Shown here in pieces: positions 9,188 to 18,406 of a DNA stretch of 64,000 nucleotides. This stretch comes from Bdellovibrio sp. (GTDB taxonomy: Bacteria > Bdellovibrionota > Bdellovibrionia > Bdellovibrionales > Bdellovibrionaceae), in assembly GCA_036677065.1 (NCBI GenBank), contig JAKFBS010000004.1, positions 320,001 to 384,000 of the forward strand, written 5' to 3'. A model generated the notes under the pieces. It was not told the DNA's origin. It saw nothing but the letters and a program-made list of their open reading frames with translations, and did no database searches. The translations under genes were made by a program, and so were the position numbers. How positions within the stretch are numbered: position 1 is the first letter of the stretch; each line of letters starts with the position of its first letter.

Positions 9188-12100
9188 AAACTCTCTCTAG
9201 CTGAATCAAGTTAAAATTGCGAATACGTTTTAAACACGAGGTATTTGTGCTGCTACCGATACGCCCGCAATCGGGATCAACAGATGTCCAACGTGGTGGT
9301 CCTTTACCCTGAAGTACAAACGTCGAACTACAGCGAATGCGGTCAGACAGTATTTGTAAACCTGGATCAGGATGCCAGAAGGGCACAGCGCCATTATACA
9401 GTGATGAGCAGTTTGCATTATTAGCGCGTCTCATAAGCGGTGGTGAGCCTGCTGTTTTCATAGCGGCAACAGCAGTTTGGTTATGTATGCTTTGCCATGT
9501 TACCCCAGCTCTTAAGGCTGATTTATCTACAGTGAAATCTTTAAGAACCATGAATGTACCGATAATTTTTAGCGGTTGTGATCTCGGTTTAATGATTAGA
9601 GTTCGACAAACATAAAAACCATTAATGATGGTAGCACTTGGCTCGATGGTGCAGGTGCCACGAATTGATCCTATGCCAAATGAAGAATAAATATTTGTAT
9701 CAAAAAGTTGGTCTGAATAAACAGTTTTATCCGGAGCTGCAAAATGCCATGAATCTACTGCAACTGAAGTAAAGTCAGCAGCAGCAAACGAAGCGGGCTT
9801 GAAAGCATCCTGATTTATACCGCCGGCAGAGTCCATACATTGTTTAATTTTTTCTTCGTAGTTGATTGTTGGGTCAAGTGGTTTGTAAGTGCCTAAGTTA
9901 ATTTCGTTAGCTTGATAGTTCAGGCCACGATCGCTAAATACCAATTCATTTGCAGCATTAAATGAAAAACCATAGTGAACATTGTTCATGTCGGCGAATC
10001 TTCCGGTATTGCCATCGTTTGGATTATTGGTTACTTCGTTGCTCGGGTTGCGTGGACGTTTAGAATAACCACCTTTTTTTGCGCTAAAATCCATACCTTC
10101 CATCGAGAAATCTTTAATTTCGTTATTGGTTAGACTACTGGTTTTATATAAATCATCACTTGATCCAGAAGTGTTGTAAATACGGTTGGTCGGTGAAATC
10201 GAGGCGTACCTAAAGTATTTACCATTGGAAATTTTGATGGTTACATTTCTAAACGCAGATTGCCGTTTGCTAAAACCATTGAAAGGTTTAGTGCTGGCGA
10301 TCTCTATCCGCCCCGGATTGTCATAGTATTCTTTACGTAAATTATATTCTGTTAATACCGGAGTATAGTCGTCATCGAAGTATTTTTGATAATCTTCTTT
10401 GGCGTCATCAAATCTTTTCTGAGCCCAAGCTACAGAATCATCATTAAATCGGTTATCTTTTAAGTCTTCATACTCATCACGGTCAGACCAGCTTAGGTAG
10501 GCGACTGGTGAGGTTGGCTTTGTGGTTTCTAGTGAGGCCAAACGAACAGTTCTTGTGGTTAACGTTGCTGAAGTAGTACCTATTTTAGGTAGATGAGTAC
10601 TGTTTAAAGTAGCTGATACTGCAGTTAAAGCATTTGCCGCCTGGTCGAATTGGTCTTTTGAATAAGCTGAAAAATTAATGGTTACAGCATGACCATCGCC
10701 TACACTATTTTCTAAAATAGGAATTTTTAAAAAATCATCGTTACCAGGTTTAGGCCAAGTCATATTAGCCCACATCACAAGTTTAGTTCCTGAAGTTAAG
10801 TTATAAGCTGGTGCGATTGAATACCAAATATTGGATGCATCTTTACCACCATTATCACTATGCTTATTTGATATATTCATAAAAGGGGATCCCGCGAAGC
10901 CAGAACAGTTAATGCCCCCATCGCCAGAGTTTAAACCATTGTAATTACAGTTAATGCCCCCATCGTTGTTGTCAATTTCTTGCGATTCAAATAAATTAAG
11001 AGCATTCGGCATGGTTGAGAAAGAATAGCGAACAGTAGTTTCAGTTAAATTAGTTCCGACAGTGCCACTGATAGGAACACCGACTAAACGCGATTCTTTT
11101 GTTAAATTCAAATCACTTTGAGCGCGGAGCAGGTTGGTACAAAAAGTGATAATGTCATTATTTAAAGTGGTTGAGTCACTGACCCCGTTAAGTACACTTA
11201 ACCCCACATCACCTTTACCGTCAGAATCAATTCCGCGCATAAAGCCGCCAAAAGTTTTTAAATCTGTCCAGTGGCGTTTTACACCCAGGGCTTCGTTAAT
11301 TTTAAAGTCTGCGCCATTGTGATCTTTGATTTTACCATTACCAATAATAACCACATCGTTAAAAGTAGCCGGCGTATAGCTACCAGTATTGTCCATAAAA
11401 ATGTTCTGGTTTACAAAAATAGGCGAATTGAAAACCATACCTACATCACTTTTTGATCCTTTAGGAATCGCCATATCGCCGTGACCAGCAATAGGCGCTG
11501 TAGTTTCGCCTAAATAAATTGAACCAGGTAAAATAAGAGCAAACGTATTGAGTTCACGTGGGTTAGAAACAAAGCTGGATGTTTCGCGCAAAAATTGTTT
11601 TCCGGTGGCTGTATTCTGCCCATCGTCACCAGTGACTTCTATACCGGTTCGTACCGGTTGGCCATCCCGGCCGGTAAATTCAGTAATGATTTGAATATAA
11701 ACTTCGTCACCATTTACAGGTAAAGTCATATTGCTGATGCGCGAGACTTTGATGTTGACGCCTTTAACCAGTGGATTACGTGTGTTTGTAAGAACACGAT
11801 TCAATGGATGCGTTGCACCCATAGTTAAATTATTGAGATCCAGCGTAATGGAAAATGATTGCAACATAAAATCGACAGCATTTTTTCCGGCTAAGGTTGG
11901 AAAAAGGTTGGCGCCGGTGCCGGGGTCTGTAGTTTTCCCTAAGTCTTCTAAAGTTTTCGCATACGATAAAGGCATCATCAAGCGGGCGGTACTAAATTGA
12001 TTCGTAAAATTATTTACGCAGTTTTCAGGCAATTCAGGTAAAAGTTGAGCATCAAAACACCACCCTTTGCGAATCCCGTATTTGATATAATCCGTGATTG

Positions 12101-12266
12101 AGCGCAATGCTAAATTGGCGTGAATATCCTTACGTAGCTGTGATGAGAGCTTTCGTTCAGTGATAATTTTATTTGAGATAAAGTAAACTCCAGACGACAC
12201 AATCCCAACGATGAACAAAGCCATCATTGTGGTATTTCCCCGGGAGTTGAACAAACGTATCCTCAT
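9177..12266 (-). CDS. Very large PilX/GspK-like pilin-tip protein
   Basis: SRG|NTTMMALFIVGIV class III-like signal lacking Glu5 (PilX/GspK hallmark); overlaps the next pilin gene; Cys-containing C-terminus. Confidence 0.65.
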   Translation of the reverse strand: MRIRLFNSRGNTTMMALFIVGIVSSGVYFISNKIITERKLSSQLRKDIHANLALRSITDYIKYGIRKGWCFDAQLLPELPENCVNNFTNQFSTARLMMPLSYAKTLEDLGKTTDPGTGANLFPTLAGKNAVDFMLQSFSITLDLNNLTMGATHPLNRVLTNTRNPLVKGVNIKVSRISNMTLPVNGDEVYIQIITEFTGRDGQPVRTGIEVTGDDGQNTATGKQFLRETSSFVSNPRELNTFALILPGSIYLGETTAPIAGHGDMAIPKGSKSDVGMVFNSPIFVNQNIFMDNTGSYTPATFNDVVIIGNGKIKDHNGADFKINEALGVKRHWTDLKTFGGFMRGIDSDGKGDVGLSVLNGVSDSTTLNNDIITFCTNLLRAQSDLNLTKESRLVGVPISGTVGTNLTETTVRYSFSTMPNALNLFESQEIDNNDGGINCNYNGLNSGDGGINCSGFAGSPFMNISNKHSDNGGKDASNIWYSIAPAYNLTSGTKLVMWANMTWPKPGNDDFLKIPILENSVGDGHAVTINFSAYSKDQFDQAANALTAVSATLNSTHLPKIGTTSATLTTRTVRLASLETTKPTSPVAYLSWSDRDEYEDLKDNRFNDDSVAWAQKRFDDAKEDYQKYFDDDYTPVLTEYNLRKEYYDNPGRIEIASTKPFNGFSKRQSAFRNVTIKISNGKYFRYASISPTNRIYNTSGSSDDLYKTSSLTNNEIKDFSMEGMDFSAKKGGYSKRPRNPSNEVTNNPNDGNTGRFADMNNVHYGFSFNAANELVFSDRGLNYQANEINLGTYKPLDPTINYEEKIKQCMDSAGGINQDAFKPASFAAADFTSVAVDSWHFAAPDKTVYSDQLFDTNIYSSFGIGSIRGTCTIEPSATIINGFYVCRTLIIKPRSQPLKIIGTFMVLKDFTVDKSALRAGVTWQSIHNQTAVAAMKTAGSPPLMRRANNANCSSLYNGAVPFWHPDPGLQILSDRIRCSSTFVLQGKGPPRWTSVDPDCGRIGSSTNTSCLKRIRNFNLIQLERVYGL
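10905..10965. repeat. Exact 19-bp direct repeat (ACAGTTAATGCCCCCATCG), 42-nt period, inside the large pilin gene
   Basis: Copies at 10905-10923 and 10947-10965; both encode DGGINC. Confidence 0.9.
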
Positions 12267-12323
12267 ATGGTACCCCTCAATATATTATTGTAGAACATCT
12301 CGCTGTAATACAGAAGAAAAAAG

Positions 12324-12354
12324 AAAAACCCCGCCTCAGAATAAGACGGGGTTT
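12324..12354 (-). terminator. Intrinsic terminator after 12379..13578
   Basis: AAACCCCG...CGGGGTTT stem; A-tract on + strand gives U-tract on - strand. Confidence 0.75.
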
Positions 12355-12378
12355 ATTGAAGGGATAGTAAATAAAATA

Positions 12379-13578
12379 CTAGTTGGCTGTTAAAGCCGAA
12401 GTGTAAGGTTGAAACCAAACATCGACAATGTATGCATGTGGATGTTTTTTTGGATTCTTTAAGACGATCGTTGATTTCTCGCGGAACTCGACCTTTTCAG
12501 CCACAGAATGAACTTGAGATTCGTATTTCAAGTTAATTGACTTAAGCATAGAAGCTAAAGGCACTGTATCTTTTCTAGAGTAAACACCTTTGCCTGATTT
12601 ATCCTTCCAGAGAACAAGTTTTTTGAAAATCGGATCTTTGCTGTCGATGATGCCATCTTTATTTAAATCGTGAACAGCTAATTTTGCAAAACCATTTTTA
12701 TATTCACCTGATTCACCAAAAAGTTCTTGGCTTGAAAGCACTTTTGCTTGTTTGTTTGGTAAAGCTAAAAAGTAACCGGCATGATTTTTTTCTGGCCAGT
12801 AAGTTCTTTGATTAGCACCCATGTTAAATTCAACAACATTATCAAATTTCGGAATTTCTTTGTCTAAGAACACCATTAACGGAGAGTGGTATCCACCGCA
12901 ATAACCTTCTTGGCCTGGAAAGCCAGTTTCAATATCAAAGGTTTTGCCATCAGATGATTGATTGATATTAATCGCACTTGATGAAAGAAGACCAGTATAA
13001 GCATAGTAGGCACAACTTCCGCCAAAACAATGTTCGCCGTTGTTGTTCTGGGGGCCAGCTTCTTGTTCAAATGTAACATTACTTACTTTAAAACGCTGTT
13101 GCGCTACATTGATTTCAGCTGTTACAGGATTAACTGAATTGGTAACGGCACTTGGTATATTTAAAGTCACGGTATTACCTGAATAGGCCGCTCGTGATCC
13201 TGAAGGCAGTGTAAACCCTGTTAGAGTACTTGTTTGCGTAGCCGCAGCCGAAGTACCTAAGACAGCTGATGCAGGAAAGCGAACTTTAAAAGCTTGTTCT
13301 GCGCCATTATCAATGGTGATTTTACCATTCATGATAACAGTACTATTAGGAGCAATAGGATTTGCTACGCCACGCAAATTAGTACCAAAGCATGAAGCTC
13401 TGAAACGAACGGTATAGTTATTTGTACTTGTTCTTTGAGTAGCTCCAGCAACAGACATATCTGCCAGTGGATTTACTGCACCTTCACCACCATTAATGGT
13501 AAGGTCACTGCCTGCAGCTGATTGCGCTAGCCCTAAAGCTAAAACAAGCGATAATATATTGAGTTTACCTGATAACAT
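12379..13578 (-). CDS. Secreted protein with C-terminal Ca2+-binding FrpC self-processing-module-like domain
   Basis: Signal peptide; SPLMVFLD...GYFLAL...QELFG...NGFAKLAVHDLNKDGIIDSKDPIFKKLVLWKD...SINL...VDVWF, with an EF-hand-like DxNxDG loop. Confidence 0.7.
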   Translation of the reverse strand: MLSGKLNILSLVLALGLAQSAAGSDLTINGGEGAVNPLADMSVAGATQRTSTNNYTVRFRASCFGTNLRGVANPIAPNSTVIMNGKITIDNGAEQAFKVRFPASAVLGTSAAATQTSTLTGFTLPSGSRAAYSGNTVTLNIPSAVTNSVNPVTAEINVAQQRFKVSNVTFEQEAGPQNNNGEHCFGGSCAYYAYTGLLSSSAININQSSDGKTFDIETGFPGQEGYCGGYHSPLMVFLDKEIPKFDNVVEFNMGANQRTYWPEKNHAGYFLALPNKQAKVLSSQELFGESGEYKNGFAKLAVHDLNKDGIIDSKDPIFKKLVLWKDKSGKGVYSRKDTVPLASMLKSINLKYESQVHSVAEKVEFREKSTIVLKNPKKHPHAYIVDVWFQPYTSALTAN

Positions 13579-13789
13579 AATTCCCCCTAGTTATCTCACA
13601 TACTTAAGTATAGCTATGTTTTTCAGAATCATTACAAAAAAATGAAAATTAGCATTTATTCAGTTTTTTCGTTTCATCATGAAACAGTATGAAAAAAAGT
13701 TTGCAGCTGGGATCAAATATAAGACCTAGGTCCGATCATTGTTTTACTTCAATACGTCGATAAATATGGCGGATATATAGGGATGTAAA

Positions 13790-15685
13790 ATGAATAAATG
13801 GTTTAATAGCAAATTCTACTTCGCATTTTGGATGTTCTTAGCATTAGTACCAATGAAACACGCTTTAGATGTTTCAGCGGAAATGGATCGCCAATCGCAT
13901 AAAACAATTGTCGGCATGCAAGAGCAGTCTTCAATGGCAAGTCAGCCAGCTGAAGATCTTTATTCATTTGATGAAAGGCAAAGTGAATTAGCAAATGTCA
14001 GCGATGAACAGCTTTTGCAAGTTTTAGAGCTATCGACAGATGAGTATGAACAATCGGGTTCAGCTAATCCTTATGCTATTTCTCCGGCGCAATTAGATTC
14101 ATATGACCTGGCTTTGCGCGAAAGCTCGGGCTTAAATAATAATTCGCCTTTTGATTTTGCTACAATTGCCGGTGAAGAAGCTGCTGTGAATTATGAAGAG
14201 CTAGCCGTGTGCACTGCTAAAAATAAAAATCGTGGAAACATCGAAGCGGTTATTCTTAAAGCTGCCAAGCAAAGCCCGATGATGGCCAATGCTATTGCAG
14301 AACGTAGTCATGAAAGCAAAACTATCCCTCGCAAATGTATAACTCATGTTATGAATAAATTTAACCCAAGCCCTAAATCATTAGCGCGTTGTCCGGGTGG
14401 AATGGGAACAGAACCGGCGCGTGGTGGTGCTAAACCATGTATTTCTAAAAATTTAGTTAATTTAACGTATAATCATTTTACAGATGTTGCTGAGTGTTTA
14501 AATATCGAAGCCAAAGATCTGTTGCCAAAACTTTCAAACGAGTCTGGAGTAATTATCAACACTTTGGGCGCTGGTTGGGATGCCGGAGTCGGGCAGTTAA
14601 CCCAATCGGCTATTGAAGAAGTAAATAAGCATTATGATCGCTATGTTGCAGAAATGGAAAAAGCGTCAATTAAAAAACCTTCTTGTATGCGTGTGATGCA
14701 GTATAAACCTTATTTAAAAAAGGCTAAAGATGTTTTAGCGTCACGTTGTTCGTTCATCGTTCCTCCGGAAAATCCGATGAAAAATATCGTTTACATGGCG
14801 GTTTACAATAGAATGAATTTAGATCATTTATTAGGTATCAAATATATCGCTGGTGAATCATTTATTGATAACAATGGTCAAATGATTGCCTATACGGGTA
14901 CAACTTCTGACCGTATTATTAATGGTAAATTTGGTAATAATCAAATCCAGCAAAAATTCGCTCAATTAGGTATTTCAGATCTAAGTTTAGATAACGTAGC
15001 AACTATGGTGGCATTTAACGGTTATAATGCGGGGCCAAGTACTGCATTTAATATGTTAAATGAATATTTAACCAAACGAATTTCTGCTAAAAAATCACTA
15101 ACTGAGCGTGATTTTGATTTTCATACGCCGAAAACTGCGACTGACATTGATGGTAAAGTAAAATCGGTAACTGAAATAGCGCGATTGAATGTGCGTTCTG
15201 CATTTATTAAAAAGAATGATCCAGAGGCAAAAATTAAAGTAAAGCGTGCCAAAGTTTTACCAGAGAAAATCAGAAAATCACATTTGCTGACGTTTCCAGA
15301 ATTTTTAATTTATAATCAGAATAACTTCGATTCTTCAATTTTAAATCCGGCAAATCTGGCAAAAGTAGAAGCTATCCAAGATGCGGCTGCAAAAGCTAAA
15401 GAACGTAATAAATACGAACGCTTTTCATCTTATGGTTCTCCGGGGTATTTATCATCTTTAGCGGCTAAAGACACAGCGCTTAGAACGGCCTTTGAAAATT
15501 CAGGAGCAGATAAGTATTACTGTTCAAACCCGAATTTTTTAAAAATCAGAGACCATAAAGCTAAGCCACTGGAGCCTGAGTTTGATGAGCCAGTTCCGGC
15601 AGCGGTACAGGATAATGTAAAGGTCGTTAGGCCAAGAGTAGAAGCCGTTAATAAAATTAAAGCGGCTCCTAATAAAACTAAATAG
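13790..15685 (+). CDS. Secreted/periplasmic lytic transglycosylase (SLT-like) domain protein
   Basis: N-terminal hydrophobic signal; SLT motifs NESG (catalytic Glu), GVGQLT and GYNAGP in the expected order. Confidence 0.7.
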   Translation: MNKWFNSKFYFAFWMFLALVPMKHALDVSAEMDRQSHKTIVGMQEQSSMASQPAEDLYSFDERQSELANVSDEQLLQVLELSTDEYEQSGSANPYAISPAQLDSYDLALRESSGLNNNSPFDFATIAGEEAAVNYEELAVCTAKNKNRGNIEAVILKAAKQSPMMANAIAERSHESKTIPRKCITHVMNKFNPSPKSLARCPGGMGTEPARGGAKPCISKNLVNLTYNHFTDVAECLNIEAKDLLPKLSNESGVIINTLGAGWDAGVGQLTQSAIEEVNKHYDRYVAEMEKASIKKPSCMRVMQYKPYLKKAKDVLASRCSFIVPPENPMKNIVYMAVYNRMNLDHLLGIKYIAGESFIDNNGQMIAYTGTTSDRIINGKFGNNQIQQKFAQLGISDLSLDNVATMVAFNGYNAGPSTAFNMLNEYLTKRISAKKSLTERDFDFHTPKTATDIDGKVKSVTEIARLNVRSAFIKKNDPEAKIKVKRAKVLPEKIRKSHLLTFPEFLIYNQNNFDSSILNPANLAKVEAIQDAAAKAKERNKYERFSSYGSPGYLSSLAAKDTALRTAFENSGADKYYCSNPNFLKIRDHKAKPLEPEFDEPVPAAVQDNVKVVRPRVEAVNKIKAAPNKTK

Positions 15686-15691
15686 TTTCGA

Positions 15692-17095
15692 TTAACCTTG
15701 GCGCTGGCGTTTATCAACAGCTAGCGCTGCTTCGCGAATCACTTCAGACATGGTTGGATGCGAGTGAAAAGATCTTGCTAGGTCTTCGCTTGATCCACCA
15801 AATTCCATAGCTACCGTAATTTCACCTAACATTTCAGATGCACCAGCGCCCACGATGTGGCCACCTAAAATGCGATCTGTGTGCTTATCAGCGATGATTT
15901 TTACAAAGCCTTCGGTAGCGCCGCGTGCTTTAGCGCGACCATTAGCAGCGAATAAGAATTTACCCACATTAACTTCAAGACCCTTGGCTTGAGCTTCTTC
16001 AGCAGTCATGCCTACAGATGCAATCTCTGGGTGAGTGTAAACTACAGAAGGAACGGTGTTGTAATTTACATGGCCATGACCTGTCGCAATTAATTCAGCA
16101 ACAGCTACGCCTTCTTCTTCTGATTTATGAGCTAACATCGGGCCAACGATCACGTCTCCTACTGCAAATATATTTGGAACATTTGTTTGGTAGTGTGAAT
16201 TTGTTTTTACGCGGCCACGATCATCTTTTTCGATACCTACAGTTTCAAGGCCTAATCCATCTGTGAATGGTTTGCGTCCTGTAGAAACTAAAACCACATC
16301 CCCTTGGATTGTGCCTTTATTGCCATCGGGCATAGTTTCAAAATCTAATTCAACACGGCCACCGGCAGAGCGTGACCCAGTCACTTTCGTTGAAGTTTTA
16401 AAGCTTACGCCCATTTTCTTCATTGAACGTACTAATGTATTTACGCAGTCTGTATCCATCATTGATAAAATCTTATCAGCATATTCGATCACAGTTACTT
16501 TTGAACCTAAACGCGCCCAAACAGAACCTAATTCAAGGCCGATGACTCCGCCACCGACAACTAACATTTCTTTAGGGATTGAATCTAAAGCTAATGCACC
16601 AGTTGATGAAACGATTTTTTTCTCGTCGTATTTTAAGAAAGGTAATTCAACAGGTACTGAACCCGTCGCGATACAAATATTTTTTGCATTTAATGTTTGT
16701 TTGGCGCCATCGTCAGCAGTGACTTCAACTGTATTAGCTGAAGTGATTTTACCTTTGCCAAGAATACGAGTGATTTTATTTTTCTTAAATAAGAACTCAA
16801 TACCACCGGTTAAATCACTAACGATTTTATTTTTGCGAGACATCATTGCATCAAGATTCATTTTCACGTCAGTGAATAAAATCCCGTGTTTATCAAAGTC
16901 ATGTAAGGCTTCGTGATAAAATTCAGAGCTTTGCAATAAGGCTTTCGAAGGGATGCAACCCACGTTTAAGCAGGTTCCACCTAAGGTTTTATCTTTTTCA
17001 ATAACAGCTGTTTTAAGACCTAACTGGGCTGCGCGAATGGCTCCCGTGTATCCACCAGGTCCGCCACCGATAATAACTAAATCAAATTCTTCCAT
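15692..17095 (-). CDS. lpdA: Dihydrolipoamide dehydrogenase (E3)
   Basis: GGGPGGY, GGTCLNVGCIPSK, HSHPTMSE. Confidence 0.97.
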   Translation of the reverse strand: MEEFDLVIIGGGPGGYTGAIRAAQLGLKTAVIEKDKTLGGTCLNVGCIPSKALLQSSEFYHEALHDFDKHGILFTDVKMNLDAMMSRKNKIVSDLTGGIEFLFKKNKITRILGKGKITSANTVEVTADDGAKQTLNAKNICIATGSVPVELPFLKYDEKKIVSSTGALALDSIPKEMLVVGGGVIGLELGSVWARLGSKVTVIEYADKILSMMDTDCVNTLVRSMKKMGVSFKTSTKVTGSRSAGGRVELDFETMPDGNKGTIQGDVVLVSTGRKPFTDGLGLETVGIEKDDRGRVKTNSHYQTNVPNIFAVGDVIVGPMLAHKSEEEGVAVAELIATGHGHVNYNTVPSVVYTHPEIASVGMTAEEAQAKGLEVNVGKFLFAANGRAKARGATEGFVKIIADKHTDRILGGHIVGAGASEMLGEITVAMEFGGSSEDLARSFHSHPTMSEVIREAALAVDKRQRQG

Positions 17096-17129
17096 TTTAA
17101 ATATCTTTCTCGTTCAAAAAAACTAAGTA

Positions 17130-18380
17130 CTAAACTTCAATTAATAATCTTTCAGGATCTTCAATGCCTTCTTTGATTTTCACTAAGAAGGTTACGGCTT
17201 CTTTGCCATCGATAATTCTATGATCGTAGCTTAACGCTAAGTACATCATTGAGCGAATTTCAACTTTGCCGTTAATCGCCATCGGACGCTCTTGGATTTT
17301 ATGTAAACCTAAGATCGCAGATTGCGGAGCATTTAAAATTGGCGTTGATAATAATGAACCGAATACACCACCGTTAGTGATTGAGAAAGTTCCGCCAGAT
17401 AAATCATCTATCGAAATTTTTCCATCACGGCCCTTGTTCGCTAAATCGCGAATCGCTAATTCCACACCAGCCACTGATAAGTTATCAGCATCTTTAACAT
17501 TAGGAACCATTAAGCCGCGTTCAGTTGATACCGCAATACCGATATTGAAGTAGTTGTGGTATTCGATCTCATCACCAACAATCGAAGCATTTACTGCAGG
17601 TAATGCTTTTAAAGCTTCGATTGCAGCTTTAACGAAGAATCCGTTGAAGCCTAAGTTCACGCCGTATTTTTCTTTGAATTTATCTTTATATTTATTTCTG
17701 ATCTCGATCACTTTAGTCATATCAACTTCGTTGAAAGTTGTAAGGATCGCAGCTGTGTGTTGAGCCGCAACTAATTTCTCAGCGATTTTTTTACGGATGT
17801 TCGTCATTTTCACACGTTGAATATCACCTTGTTTAGAAGGTCCGCGCGGAACTGGAGTTACCGTTGGAGCTGCTGGTGCTTTTGCCGCTGGTGCCGGAGC
17901 AGCAGGAGCGGAAGCCGGAGCATTTAATACATCACCTTTTGTTAAACGGCCGCCAAGACCAGTACCTTGTACATTTGATGTATCTAAACCACGTTCGTTA
18001 ACTACACGTTGAACTGCGGGGGATTGATGGGCTTGTAATTCTGGGTGAGTCGCTTTACCACCACCAGAAGAAGATGCGCCTGCTGCAGGTTGAGCAGCTG
18101 TTGTTGCTTCGGCTTTTGGAGCTGATGTTCCCGCTGGAGCTTTTGCATCTGTATCGATTGAACCAACTGTTGCGCCAATTTTTACGGTGTCGCCAGCTTG
18201 GGCATTAATAGTAAGTACACCATCTTTTTCTGCGACAACTTCAACAGATGCTTTATCTGTATCTAGAAGCATGATCACTTCATTCATTTTTACGAATTCG
18301 CCAGATTTTTTTGTCCAGCTTCCGATAACTGCTTCTGTAATTGATTCACCAACCGCAGGAACCTTTACTTCTAATTTCAT
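17130..18380 (-). CDS. sucB: 2-oxoglutarate dehydrogenase E2 (dihydrolipoyl succinyltransferase)
   Basis: Lipoyl domain [17 protein letters not shown] binding domain, YDHRIIDG; adjacent to sucA. Confidence 0.97.
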   Translation of the reverse strand: MKLEVKVPAVGESITEAVIGSWTKKSGEFVKMNEVIMLLDTDKASVEVVAEKDGVLTINAQAGDTVKIGATVGSIDTDAKAPAGTSAPKAEATTAAQPAAGASSSGGGKATHPELQAHQSPAVQRVVNERGLDTSNVQGTGLGGRLTKGDVLNAPASAPAAPAPAAKAPAAPTVTPVPRGPSKQGDIQRVKMTNIRKKIAEKLVAAQHTAAILTTFNEVDMTKVIEIRNKYKDKFKEKYGVNLGFNGFFVKAAIEALKALPAVNASIVGDEIEYHNYFNIGIAVSTERGLMVPNVKDADNLSVAGVELAIRDLANKGRDGKISIDDLSGGTFSITNGGVFGSLLSTPILNAPQSAILGLHKIQERPMAINGKVEIRSMMYLALSYDHRIIDGKEAVTFLVKIKEGIEDPERLLIEV

Positions 18381-18406
18381 TCTAAACCTCGTGTTTCTTT
18401 TTAAAC

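Noticed and set aside
16263..16916. 217-aa antisense ORF within lpdA, and similar antisense ORFs in sucB, smc, rny, hutU and nrdJ
   Set aside because: Antisense shadows of well-conserved genes, with no motifs or RBS
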